A stretch of DNA of 64,000 nt from Hyphomicrobiales bacterium (GTDB lineage: Bacteria > Pseudomonadota > Alphaproteobacteria > Rhizobiales > Aestuariivirgaceae), in NCBI GenBank assembly GCA_031430915.1, contig JANPCL010000110.1:1204-65203 (forward strand). Direction: 5' to 3'. The notes beneath the pieces are model-generated. The model searched no databases, had not been told where the DNA came from, and saw only the letters and a program-made list of their open reading frames with translations. Positions 26,738 to 35,691 of this stretch are shown piece after piece (position 1 is the first letter of the stretch; each line of letters starts with the position of its first letter). Position numbers and translations under genes: made by a program.

Positions 26738-27133
26738 ATGCTATTCAAAAATTCGAAGGCTTTTTCCAGTTTTTCAGTGGATGATTTGGACAAGGCGAAA
26801 ACATTCTACGGCGAGACACTTGGGCTGAAAGTCAAGGAGACACCGGAAGGGCTGGAACTGCATCTCGCCGGAGGAATGATGCCAGTGTTCATCTATCCCT
26901 CAGACGATTATCACGCGCCGGAGCACACGGTTTTGAATTTCATCGTCGACAACATTGATCCGGCAGTGGAGGATTTGAAGAAGCGTGGCATCGCCATGGA
27001 ACACTATGACCAGCCGGGCATAAAAACCGACGCCAAGGGCATCATGCGCACCAAAATCGGCGATCCCGGCCCAAAAGCCATAGCCTGGTTCAAGGATCCC
27101 GCCGGACACATTCTGTCGGTGCTGGAACAATAG
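26738..27133 (+). CDS. VOC (glyoxalase/bleomycin-resistance) family protein
   Basis: 131 aa with the typical VOC beta-alpha-beta-beta-beta module (FYGETLGL...DPAGHILSV). Confidence 0.8.
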   Translation: MLFKNSKAFSSFSVDDLDKAKTFYGETLGLKVKETPEGLELHLAGGMMPVFIYPSDDYHAPEHTVLNFIVDNIDPAVEDLKKRGIAMEHYDQPGIKTDAKGIMRTKIGDPGPKAIAWFKDPAGHILSVLEQ

Positions 27134-27418
27134 TCGGTTTCGCTTGCCTGAAAGGACTTTATGAATCAGCTTCTCAAACCTGCCACCGCACTCGCCAAGA
27201 GTAACAGTGCGCGCTTTCTCAACGAGATCATTTCCTATCGGCATGCGCGCGATTTGCGTTGCTGGCCGAGGAGATTGATCTGCGCGAACAAACCGGCTTC
27301 GAGGACGCCGCCACGCGCAACAGCCATCGCGAAGGTTGGACGGAAGCGTTTGACGCCTTGGCCGATGCCATGGCACAGAGCGGCGACATCACCAATGTTG
27401 AGTCCATGAGGCGTAGCA

Positions 27419-28081
27419 ATGCGTAAAATCATTGGAGGCGCGTTCATTTCTCTTGATGGGGTCGTGCAGGCTCCGGGTGGACCCGATGAGGACACGACGG
27501 GTGGTTTCTCTCACGGCGGTTGGATTGAGCCTATCATTGACGAAGAAATCGGACATCAGGTCGATACACTGTTCACAGTTCCGTTCGGCCTGCTGCTGGG
27601 GCGACGGACCTACGACATCTTTGCCGCATTCTGGCCATTCGCACCCGCTGAACACCCGATTGCAGCGAAGTTTTCCGAGGCGCAAAAGTATGTTTTGACG
27701 GGGTCGGATGCACCGCTCGATTGGAAAGGTAGCCATCGCCTAGCCGACTTGGAAGCGCTGGCCAAACTCAAGGCGGACGGAGGCCCGGACCTTGTCATTC
27801 AAGGCAGCTCAACGCTCTACCCTCAGCTGCTGTCCCGTGGATTACTTGACCGTCTTGTGCTGATGATTGCGCCTGTTATCCTAGGCGCAGGCAAGCGGCT
27901 GTTCGGCGGTGGGATGCCCGCCGGGGCATTCAAGCTCACTGAGCATCGACTGACGCACGGCGGCTGGATGATAGCGACCTACGAGCCAGCCGGGTCAGTC
28001 AAGACCGGGTCGTTCGCCACGGCAGAACCGAGTGAAGCAGAACGCGTTCGTCGGGCCAAGATGGAGGCGGGCGACTGGTGA
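27419..28081 (+). CDS. Dihydrofolate-reductase-like (RibD C-terminal domain) family protein
   Basis: 220 aa with the family-typical N-terminus MRKIIGGAFISLDGVVQAPGGP. Confidence 0.8.
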   Translation: MRKIIGGAFISLDGVVQAPGGPDEDTTGGFSHGGWIEPIIDEEIGHQVDTLFTVPFGLLLGRRTYDIFAAFWPFAPAEHPIAAKFSEAQKYVLTGSDAPLDWKGSHRLADLEALAKLKADGGPDLVIQGSSTLYPQLLSRGLLDRLVLMIAPVILGAGKRLFGGGMPAGAFKLTEHRLTHGGWMIATYEPAGSVKTGSFATAEPSEAERVRRAKMEAGDW

Positions 28082-28119
28082 CGCCCGCTTAGGTGTGCTG
28101 TGGAAAGGAGACTGCAGAT

Positions 28120-28539
28120 ATGCAAATGCAAATTATGACCCAATTGGCCTTCCGCGGCCAGTGCCGTCAAGCATTTGAGCTCTATGAAAAGGTGCTGAAC
28201 GGCAGGATCGCTGTCATGAATACTTTTGGTGATAACGACGCGGCGTTGCCACCGGGTTCAACGGCATCGGCACCTGATCACATCAGATTCGCGGAGCTTG
28301 AAGTCGGCAATTTGTCCATTCTGGGCAATGATGTGCCTGAGCAAGAGTACAAGCCAATGCAGGGGTTTCACATCTCTCTGCATGTGAGGACAGCTGTGGA
28401 AGCATGCCGTATCTTCAATGCCCTTTCCGAGGACGGTCAAATTGAAACGCGGTTGAGCGAAGTGGCGTGGTCATCCGCGTTTGGCATCGTCAGGGACAAG
28501 TTCAGCACACCTTGGCTCATCCTTGCGCTGGACAAGTAA
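28120..28539 (+). CDS. VOC/PhnB-like (3-demethylubiquinone methyltransferase-fold) protein
   Basis: The start is placed at ATG 28120, preceded by AAGGAG. The LAFRGQCRQAFELYEKV N-terminus and FSTPWLI C-terminus are typical of PhnB/YjdN-like proteins. Confidence 0.75.
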   Translation: MQMQIMTQLAFRGQCRQAFELYEKVLNGRIAVMNTFGDNDAALPPGSTASAPDHIRFAELEVGNLSILGNDVPEQEYKPMQGFHISLHVRTAVEACRIFNALSEDGQIETRLSEVAWSSAFGIVRDKFSTPWLILALDK

Positions 28540-28661
28540 ACAGCATGAATCGCCGAAATTTTATTCAAACAGCAAGTGCGGCGGCAATTCTGCCGCAGAT
28601 TGTTTCGCCCGTCTCGGCAAAAGCACCACCCAGCGAATTGCAATATTCAGGGAGAACGTAG

Positions 28662-29114
28662 ATGACCGACAAAGCTGCCAGGCCGGGTGCCAAGCTTCGT
28701 GCGCTCGAAATTTTTAAGGGCAAATGGGTCACACAGGGAACATTCCGCACAGTAGTCGGCAAGAAAGCTGCCGAGATGCGCGCTGTTGATACATATGAGT
28801 GGCTGCCAGGAAAATTCTTCATGCTGCATCATGTCGATGCGCGAATGGACGGCGTCGCGACTCAGTCAATTGAGGTCATGGGGTACGACAGCAAGCGCAA
28901 GTGCTATGTCACGCGGTCCTATGACGACCAAGGCGAGAGCGCCGAGTTTACGGCGAGGCTGGACGGACGTACTTGGGAGATCGATGGCGAAACGATGCGC
29001 TTCAGAGGAGCGTTCGATGACGACGGCAGCAAATTGTCGGGAACTTGGGAACAGCGCGGTGATGCCAGCAAATGGAAGCCGTGGCTGGACATCGAGTTGA
29101 GAAAAGTGACGTAA
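28662..29114 (+). CDS. DUF1579-like protein
   Basis: 150 aa with a GGGAGA RBS upstream. The family is assigned from memory. The codon immediately before the ATG is an in-frame TAG that ends a 38-codon Tat-signal-like ORF (28545-28661). Confidence 0.55.
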   Translation: MTDKAARPGAKLRALEIFKGKWVTQGTFRTVVGKKAAEMRAVDTYEWLPGKFFMLHHVDARMDGVATQSIEVMGYDSKRKCYVTRSYDDQGESAEFTARLDGRTWEIDGETMRFRGAFDDDGSKLSGTWEQRGDASKWKPWLDIELRKVT

Positions 29115-29257
29115 ACGACGTTCGCTTCCCGCGCCATTTCGCTGATCGCGCCAACAACATCGTGCATTGGACCGAAATGCCCAAGGGTGGCCATTTTACG
29201 ACGCATCATGCTCCTGAATTGTTGGTTACGGACATCCGAGAGTTTTTTGCGAAGGTG
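29115..29257 (+). pseudogene. Epoxide-hydrolase-type alpha/beta-hydrolase C-terminal remnant
   Basis: The ~48-aa stretch FPRHFADRANNIVHWTEMPKGGHFTTHHAPELLVTDIREFF matches the extreme C-terminus of epoxide hydrolases. Nothing upstream of it is present. Confidence 0.4.
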
Positions 29258-29374
29258 ATGTGGGGAAAGACCGGTTTGGAAGGGGAACTTGCGGGGATAT
29301 GGCGCGTTTCATTTACAGGTGCCGGTCAGACGCCACGAGCCTCTATGAGGTTAACGCTCAAAGGAGCAGAAATC

Positions 29375-29842
29375 ATGACGAAATCTACCGTAAAAGCCAT
29401 TCCCGACGGCATGCATTCCATAACGCCATACTTGACTTGCGCCGGCGCAAGCGATGCCATCAAGTTCTACAAGAAAGCCTTCGGCGCCGTTGAGGTATCC
29501 CGCTTGGAGGACCAAGACGGCAAGGTGGCGAACGCGATGATCACGATTGGAAATTCGGCTCTCATGCTGATGGACGAAATGCCTGACATGAAAGCGTTTG
29601 GACCTAAAAAACTGAAAGGCTCGCCGGTCACCATCCACTTGCAGGTCGAAGATGTCGATGCCGTGTTCAAGCAGGCCGTCGCCGCTGGTGCAACTGTACA
29701 CATGCCAATAGCTGACATGTTCTGGGGCGACAGGTATGGCGCGCTGGAGGATCCCTTCGGCCATCATTGGTCGGTGGCGACTCACATTCGCGACGTCACG
29801 CCGGAGGAGATGAAACAGGCAGTGGGCAAGATGGGTGGTTAA
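29375..29842 (+). CDS. VOC/PhnB-like glyoxalase-fold protein
   Basis: ATG 29375 has AAGGAG 8 nt upstream. The ITPYLTC..A..FYKKAFGA...FWGDRYG..DPFGHHW signature is present. Confidence 0.8.
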   Translation: MTKSTVKAIPDGMHSITPYLTCAGASDAIKFYKKAFGAVEVSRLEDQDGKVANAMITIGNSALMLMDEMPDMKAFGPKKLKGSPVTIHLQVEDVDAVFKQAVAAGATVHMPIADMFWGDRYGALEDPFGHHWSVATHIRDVTPEEMKQAVGKMGG

Positions 29843-29866
29843 CAACTATCAGAAAAGGAGCTCATC

Positions 29867-30763
29867 ATGTTGAAGCGGACATTACTCAAGGCACTTGCGA
29901 GCGCAGTCATATCAGCGACCATGATTTCACCTGTCATTGCGCAGGAGTCCATCAAAACTGGATATGCCGATATCAACGGTGTCAAATACTATTACGAAAT
30001 CAGCGGACAAGGTGATCCGCTTCTGGTTCTACACGGTGGTCTTGGCTCCATTCATATGTTCGGACTGGTATTACCTTCGCTTGCCAAAAACCACCAGGTG
30101 ATCGCCGTTGACTTGCATGGGCATGGTCGTACCGCTCTTGGCAGCCGGAACATCAATCTGATTGATCAGGGTGCCGACATGGCCGCTCTGATCAAGAGCC
30201 TTGGTTACAATCAAGTTGATGTCATGGGTTATTCTTTTGGTGGTGGGGTTGCATTCCAATTGGCGGTGCAAAATCCTGCCATAGTGCGCCGATTGGTCCT
30301 CGTGTCTGCGCCCTATGCACAAGACGGCTTCTTCCCCGAAATGCTGACGCAGCAAGCGCAAGTCGGGGCAGCCATGCTTCCGATGATGAAAGACACGCCC
30401 ATGTATAAAACTTATGTGGAAGTGGCACCCAAGCCTGAGGATTTTCCGAAGCTTCTTGACCAGATGGGATCCTTCATGCGCCAGACTTACGACTGGTCTG
30501 CTGACATTGTCAAACTGACTATGCCAGTTATGCTGGTCTATGGTGATAGCGACATGATCCAACCGGAGCACATCGTAAAATTTTATCATCTTCTCGGCGG
30601 CGGACTGAAAGATGCGGGCTGGATGCGGGAGAACATATCGAAAAACCGCCTCGCAATTCTACCGGATGTGACTCATTACGAAATGACTCTGTCGCCGCAG
30701 TTGGTACCGACGGTCCTGCCGTTTCTCGATGGAATGACCGGCCTAAAGCAAACTCAGCAATAG
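29867..30763 (+). CDS. Alpha/beta-fold hydrolase with signal peptide
   Basis: 298 aa with LVLHGG, GYSFGG nucleophile elbow and a late His (THYE). The N-terminal signal peptide ends PVIAQE. Confidence 0.8.
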   Translation: MLKRTLLKALASAVISATMISPVIAQESIKTGYADINGVKYYYEISGQGDPLLVLHGGLGSIHMFGLVLPSLAKNHQVIAVDLHGHGRTALGSRNINLIDQGADMAALIKSLGYNQVDVMGYSFGGGVAFQLAVQNPAIVRRLVLVSAPYAQDGFFPEMLTQQAQVGAAMLPMMKDTPMYKTYVEVAPKPEDFPKLLDQMGSFMRQTYDWSADIVKLTMPVMLVYGDSDMIQPEHIVKFYHLLGGGLKDAGWMRENISKNRLAILPDVTHYEMTLSPQLVPTVLPFLDGMTGLKQTQQ

Positions 30764-30943
30764 GTAAGTAAAAGTACGTGACCGCTATCAGGACATTTTT
30801 CGCAAAGTTGATCTCGTGCGGAAACCCAACACGCCAAGCCCCAATAAACGATGGTCTCTCTATCTGAAATCTGCGCGGTCGAAGGTCACATCGCTGCAGG
30901 CTTCCATTTGCAAATGCTCAGCTCAAATCACAAGGATGTCTCC

Positions 30944-31123
30944 ATGTACACGGTCAGAGGACTAATTGATGCACAAGGCCAAAGTTCGGTCTTGGCCAAC
31001 GCCACCGACTGGAATGAGGCGCGAGAAAAAGCATCCGAATTTCGCAAGCAGGGAATGAAAGTAGAAATTTGGCATCAGGACGGCAAGAAAATTCACGAGC
31101 CGGAAATCGATACAAATGCGTGA
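30944..31123 (+). CDS. Hypothetical small protein
   Basis: A 59-codon ORF with an AAGGA RBS. The longer ORF from 30851 has no better support. No motif recognised. Confidence 0.3.
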   Translation: MYTVRGLIDAQGQSSVLANATDWNEAREKASEFRKQGMKVEIWHQDGKKIHEPEIDTNA

Positions 31124-31223
31124 TCGCCCCAAAGCCATATTCCTATGAATCCGAACTGAACTGTCTGGAATAAATAGATCGGCATCCTCAGTTCGTTTCA
31201 GATTACGCATGTTGTTGCTACGT

Positions 31224-31580
31224 TTAGATTGAACGCTCTGCACGAAAATATTTGGACTTTTCGGTGAGATCGACCATGTGCGACGCAGCCTTGATGGTGA
31301 GCGGATGAGGTACGGATCCCTGCTGAGGTGAAATCATGTTTGCCATTTCGCCAGCCAAGCAGAGTTGCTGTTCGTTGCCCGCAGCGAGAATGGCGATCAC
31401 AAGATTTTCAAGCGCGATTACGCGGATTCGCAATTGAACCGTATCCGTATCAGGGATCGATGGCGCATGTGATTGCTCTTGTGAACCTTGCGGACCAGCA
31501 CCGCCCTCAGAGTCCCATTCGGACAGCGCCAATCTCCGCACGCTTTCTGAATCTGCAGGTTCTGATATGTTGTTTTGCAT
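31224..31580 (-). CDS. Hypothetical protein
   Basis: 118 aa. Support comes from a perfect EcfG-type promoter ending 38 nt upstream. Confidence 0.55.
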   Translation of the reverse strand: MQNNISEPADSESVRRLALSEWDSEGGAGPQGSQEQSHAPSIPDTDTVQLRIRVIALENLVIAILAAGNEQQLCLAGEMANMISPQQGSVPHPLTIKAASHMVDLTEKSKYFRAERSI

Positions 31581-31618
31581 TTGAACCTTATGCGTTTGCT
31601 AGACTACGGTACCAATGC

Positions 31619-31643
31619 AACGTGTCTTCAGCCGTCTTGTTCC
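31619..31643 (-). promoter_or_regulatory. EcfG-type general-stress promoter (perfect GGAAC-N16-CGTT)
   Basis: Sense strand GGAAC-aagacggctgaagaca-CGTT, ending 38 nt before ATG 31580. Confidence 0.6.
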
Positions 31644-31729
31644 ATCGCGTTTGCGCAATTAAGCCACGGCACGAAACAAATGACGCCCAGTTCCGTTGTA
31701 TGGGGATGAAACATCCGAATGATAATTGA

Positions 31730-32830
31730 GTGGTCCACATCCAGCAACCGCACCAAAGCATCAAAAAGTGGGCGTTAGTGGTTGTTGCGTTGGGTGTCGT
31801 CGTTATCCTGACGATGGCGGTACCTTTGCCTTTATGGCGAACGGGGCGGGAGTTAGCCCCATCCCTCAGTCTGACGCGCGGCGGTCCTGCGGTTTTGCCA
31901 ACACGTCGCCTCTGGATCGACACGGATGCGGCCTGTGGCGCGACACCGAAAACCGACCCTGATGACTGTTTTGCAATTGCCTGGCTGGCTGAACGTAGCC
32001 AGCAAATTGTTGGTATTTCAACAGGTTTTGGCAATACCGAAGGCGACGTCGTCTTGAGTACGACTGAGTCGCTTGTCGCGAAAATCGCAGAGGGTGGCCA
32101 CGTTGCCATTCCCGTTTTGCGCGGTAGGGCTGGTCCGAATAATGACGAGCAAAGCGACGTGCCTCCATCCCGTGCAGCACTCCGCGCAGCTTTGGCGGAG
32201 GGACCACTCACCATTTTGGCCCTTGGGCCGTTGACCAACGTCGCTGACGCCCTTGAAGGTCGGCCAGACCTGCAACATAATTTAGTGCGGCTCGTGGCGG
32301 TCATGGGCCATCGGCCCGGCCATCTCTTCCACCCTTCCGAGGCATCAGGGCGCGGCATGCTCCTGGGTCACGGCCCGATTTTTCGCGACCTCAACTTCGA
32401 CAAGGACGAGGCCGCCGCCCGCTCCATTCTCCAAATGCAATTACCACTCACATTGATCCCCTACGATGCATCGATCCATGCCGGTATCACAGCAGCCGAT
32501 CTTCAAGCACTAGTGCGACAAGGGCCAGCTTTGAGTTGGGTGGCGGGAACAGCAAAGGGTTGGCTTGAGTTTTGGAAGAGCGATATTGGTCAACCGGGCT
32601 TTTATCCCTTCGACTGGGTGGCCGCCGCCTACGTGACTGAACCTCAGCTGTTCAACTGCGCTGAAACCAGCGTGTGGATCGCCACAGAATGGGCTTTCTG
32701 GATTTATCCGCGTGAAAGCCTGCTTGTCGGACCTTTGTTACATCAGTCGGATGCCGCAGCATTATATTGTCCGCAGACTACGACATCGCTGCATGAATTT
32801 TTGTTGTCCGGCAACGCAAAGGGTATCTGA
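31730..32830 (+). CDS. Nucleoside hydrolase (inosine/uridine-preferring family)-like protein
   Basis: 366 aa with an N-terminal TM/signal segment. The Asp cluster (WIDTDAA...DPDDCFAI) resembles the DxDxxxDD calcium/ribose site. The antisense ORF 31588-32358 is treated as a shadow. Confidence 0.6.
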   Translation: MVHIQQPHQSIKKWALVVVALGVVVILTMAVPLPLWRTGRELAPSLSLTRGGPAVLPTRRLWIDTDAACGATPKTDPDDCFAIAWLAERSQQIVGISTGFGNTEGDVVLSTTESLVAKIAEGGHVAIPVLRGRAGPNNDEQSDVPPSRAALRAALAEGPLTILALGPLTNVADALEGRPDLQHNLVRLVAVMGHRPGHLFHPSEASGRGMLLGHGPIFRDLNFDKDEAAARSILQMQLPLTLIPYDASIHAGITAADLQALVRQGPALSWVAGTAKGWLEFWKSDIGQPGFYPFDWVAAAYVTEPQLFNCAETSVWIATEWAFWIYPRESLLVGPLLHQSDAAALYCPQTTTSLHEFLLSGNAKGI

Positions 32831-32869
32831 TCGACTGGAACCAAAGTCCTTCTCTCGCTGTACAGTACT

Positions 32870-32895
32870 GGAACCTTTCCAACCGCCCCTTCGTT
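32870..32895 (+). promoter_or_regulatory. EcfG-type general-stress promoter (perfect GGAAC-N17-CGTT)
   Basis: GGAAC-ctttccaaccgcccctt-CGTT, ending 27 nt before ATG 32923. This is the same spacing and similar sequence as the promoter at 33605. Confidence 0.6.
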
Positions 32896-32922
32896 CTATA
32901 TGGATAAAGAAGGGTAACCTCC

Positions 32923-33000
32923 ATGAGCTACATTGTTAGTTTTGTCGTTCCCGTGTCAGCTAGCAAAAAGAAAGAATATTCAATCCTTGCGCGCGCTGCG
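32923..33000 (+). pseudogene. DUF1428 5' remnant (first ~26 codons only)
   Basis: MSYIVSFVVPVSASKKKEYSILARAA aligns with MSYIDGFVVPVPSGRKKEYLAVAVKAA of the intact paralogue at 33658. The frame then diverges and stops at 33052-33054. Confidence 0.5.
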
Positions 33001-33032
33001 TGGGTAGGGATGCGGATGGAAGGACGCGGAAC

Positions 33033-33455
33033 ATGCAGCAGCAGATATCCGTAATCACGCTGGGAATTGCTGATCTTTCCCGCTCGAAGCACTTCTACGC
33101 GAATGGCCTTGGCTGGACACCAATTTTTGAGAATGACGAAATTACGTTCTACCAGATGAACGGTTTTGTCCTTGGGACTTGGCTTCAAGTTGGGCTTGAA
33201 AAAGACATGCGGCGCAGCGGCTTGTGCCGTCCGGGTGCCTTCGCTCTTGCCCACAATGTTGCCTCTGAAATTGAAGTCCAGATCGTCATAGAGCGACTGG
33301 CTTCGGCAGGCGGAATTATCCTACGGAACGGTGATGCTCCGCCGCACGGAGGCTTTCGCGGCTATGTCGCCGATCCAGATGACCACGCTTGGGAGATCGC
33401 TTGGAATTCAGCTTGGGCAATTGACGGTCAGGGCCTTGTGACGTTTGGATTGTAG
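33033..33455 (+). CDS. VOC (glyoxalase-fold) family protein
   Basis: The start is placed at MQQQISVITLGIADL. The FYANGLGW and DPDDHAWEIAWN blocks are typical of VOC proteins. Confidence 0.75.
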   Translation: MQQQISVITLGIADLSRSKHFYANGLGWTPIFENDEITFYQMNGFVLGTWLQVGLEKDMRRSGLCRPGAFALAHNVASEIEVQIVIERLASAGGIILRNGDAPPHGGFRGYVADPDDHAWEIAWNSAWAIDGQGLVTFGL

Positions 33456-33604
33456 AACAGTAGTCGCTCACCTAAACTCAAACGAATTCATTTTCCGTCC
33501 ATCAAGGCTATTTGTTAGACTACCCACGGGGCGGATGTAATTTAAATTGACGTGGCTGTGCGGACATTGGCCGGAGGCAAAGCAGACTCAAGTCATTTGG
33601 CAGC

Positions 33605-33630
33605 GGAACCTTTCGGACCTTACTTTCGTT
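33605..33630 (+). promoter_or_regulatory. EcfG-type general-stress promoter (perfect GGAAC-N17-CGTT)
   Basis: GGAAC-ctttcggaccttacttt-CGTT, ending 27 nt before ATG 33658. Confidence 0.6.
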
Positions 33631-33657
33631 GTCACCTCGAAAAGTAGGAGAACAATC

Positions 33658-34008
33658 ATGAGCTACATTGATGGATTTGTTGTTCCCGTGCCGTCTGGGA
33701 GGAAAAAGGAATATTTAGCCGTGGCTGTAAAAGCGGCGGGAATTTTCAAGGAATACGGCGCAACACGCATTGTGGAATGTTGGGGCGATGATGTGCCCAA
33801 TGGAAAAGTTACCGATTTCAGGCGCTCGGTACAGGCCGAGGCAGAGGAAGTCATCGTGTTCTCATGGATCGAGTGGCCGTCTAAAGCCGTGCGCGACGCT
33901 GGCAATGCAAAAATGATGAAAGACCCACGCATGACGTCGCAGGACATGCCCTTTGATGGCAAGCGCATGATTTACGGCGGATTTGAAGTTTTGCTCGAGT
34001 CAAAATAA
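33658..34008 (+). CDS. DUF1428 family protein
   Basis: ATG 33658 has an AGGAG RBS. MSYIDGFVVPVP...VECWGDDVP.GKVTDF...VFSWIEW is the family signature. Confidence 0.75.
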   Translation: MSYIDGFVVPVPSGRKKEYLAVAVKAAGIFKEYGATRIVECWGDDVPNGKVTDFRRSVQAEAEEVIVFSWIEWPSKAVRDAGNAKMMKDPRMTSQDMPFDGKRMIYGGFEVLLESK

Positions 34009-34129
34009 CAACCCTGGAGGCACTCAGCGATCAGCTGGGAATGCCCCTCGGCTTTCGAAAGAAGACTGCCTCACATGAGCGCTTGACTTGAACGATACTT
34101 GTGCTGGTCCAAACCGAAGGAGACTGACG

Positions 34130-34822
34130 ATGCAACATGCTGTTGTTTCACGCGATGTCTGGCTTACCGCCCGCCGGGACCTCCTGAAGGCGGAGAAGGA
34201 ACTCACCCATCTTCGCGACAACGTCGCACGAGAGCGGCTCACCTTGCCGTGGGTACTTATCGAAAAGGAATACGTGTTTGATACGTCAGATGGCCCGCGC
34301 GCGCTCGCCGAGCTTTTCAACGGTCGATCGCAACTTCTGGTGCAACATTTTATGTTCGCGCCGGGATGGAAGCAAGGCTGCCCGAGTTGTTCCTTCATGG
34401 CCGATCACACCGACGGCATGAACAAGCATCTGGCACATCACGACGTCACGATTATCGCCGTTTCTCGCGCGCCGCTTGCCGAGATCGAGCGTTATCGCAA
34501 TCGCATGGGCTGGCGATTTCGATGGGTGTCTTCAAAAGGCGGCTCATTTAATTACGATTTCCGTGTCAGTTTTACGCCCGAACAGGTTGCAACCGGGCAC
34601 ATCGACTATAACTTCGGCCAGTGGCAGGAGACCGGCGAGGAATGGCCTGGTCTGAGCGTTTTCCTCAAGGATGAGACGGGTGATGTTTATCACACCTATT
34701 CCACCTACGGCCGTGGTGTCGAGGTCATGATGGGTACCTACGCCATGCTCGATCTCATGCCGAAGGGCCGCAACGAGACAGGAGGAATGGACTGGGTGCG
34801 CCGTCACGATCGCTATGAGTAG
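34130..34822 (+). CDS. DUF899 thioredoxin-like family protein
   Basis: ATG 34130 has a GAAGGAG RBS. It shows the LLKAEKELT..LPWV..YVFD...HFMF..GW..GCPSCS...MGW.F.WVSS pattern. Confidence 0.8.
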   Translation: MQHAVVSRDVWLTARRDLLKAEKELTHLRDNVARERLTLPWVLIEKEYVFDTSDGPRALAELFNGRSQLLVQHFMFAPGWKQGCPSCSFMADHTDGMNKHLAHHDVTIIAVSRAPLAEIERYRNRMGWRFRWVSSKGGSFNYDFRVSFTPEQVATGHIDYNFGQWQETGEEWPGLSVFLKDETGDVYHTYSTYGRGVEVMMGTYAMLDLMPKGRNETGGMDWVRRHDRYE

Positions 34823-34901
34823 CAGCCTGGGGTAGCGGCATGGTGACCGGCGAGCAGTAAAACCTGCTGGGCAAAGCGTTTTTTGAAAGGGAATAACGAC
34901 C

Positions 34902-35381
34902 ATGAAAACAAAACAATCAACTCTTCTGAGAATGGACAATATCGGCATCGTGGTGGAGTCACTTGATGACGTGATTTCATTCTTTGCCGAACTTGGGCTC
35001 AAGCTTGAAGGACGGGCCATGATTGAGGGGGAGTGGTCTGGTCGTGTTACTGGGCTGATCAACCAGAAGGTTGAGATTGCTATGATGATCACACCCGACG
35101 GTCACAGTAGAATCGAACTCTCGCGATTTATCACTCCGGCAATAATCGCTGATCACCGCAATGCTCCAGTGAACGCTTTGGGATACTTACGCGCGATGTT
35201 TACCGTAAGTGACATAGACGAGACTCTTGAACGTCTTCAAAGACACGGCGCTGTAATAGTGGACGAGGTGGTTCGATATCAAGACTCGTATCGGCTCTGT
35301 TACATTCGAGGTCCCGAAGGACTTCTAATTGGTCTGGCCGAGGAGCTCAACGCAACGAAGTCTAGGGAAATAGACTCCTAA
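34902..35381 (+). CDS. VOC (glyoxalase-fold) family protein
   Basis: 159 aa with MDNIGIVVESLDDVISFFAELGL and a C-terminal IRGPEGLLIGL block. Confidence 0.8.
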   Translation: MKTKQSTLLRMDNIGIVVESLDDVISFFAELGLKLEGRAMIEGEWSGRVTGLINQKVEIAMMITPDGHSRIELSRFITPAIIADHRNAPVNALGYLRAMFTVSDIDETLERLQRHGAVIVDEVVRYQDSYRLCYIRGPEGLLIGLAEELNATKSREIDS

Positions 35382-35691
35382 CAGGAAGACGTCACGAATC
35401 TGCAGGGCGTTGGCCCTTGCCCAATACTGTCACAAACGACGTCGTAGGCGGATTTTCTGGCTGTTGATGACACTGAAAAGGGATGACACCAATAACAGTG
35501 ATAGTTGCGTCGACAACTGTCCGTCGACAACAATGGTTCGTCGATCATCGCAAACGCTATTGGCGCGTTTGAATTCTGAATTCCGAAAATAGAACCACCT
35601 ATTCAATTTGAGAGTGACTCACATGAGAAGAAACCAAAAGCCAATTGAGTGCGCCCCGCTTAGTTTTAGAACCCAATCTTAAAAAACCTGG

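Noticed and set aside
27161-27418. Possible gene between the VOC and RibD_C genes (82-aa ORF; another frame reads ...LLAEEIDLREQTGFEDAATRNSHREGWTEAFDALADAMAQSG... and ends 8 nt into the next gene)
   Set aside because: The plausible-looking peptide has no ATG, the ATG-started frame looks non-protein-like, and I recognise no family. It may be a frameshifted remnant, but I cannot support a call.
31588-32358. 256-aa minus-strand ORF, along with similar long antisense ORFs at 36532-37266, 45500-46240, 23896-24504, 4906-5532 and 15972-16595
   Set aside because: Each lies fully antisense to a gene with clear family motifs (nucleoside hydrolase, prolyl oligopeptidase, CheBR kinase, LigD, SorC regulator, secreted repeat protein). 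Their translations are Arg/Ser/Pro/Cys-rich and motif-free. These are typical shadow ORFs.
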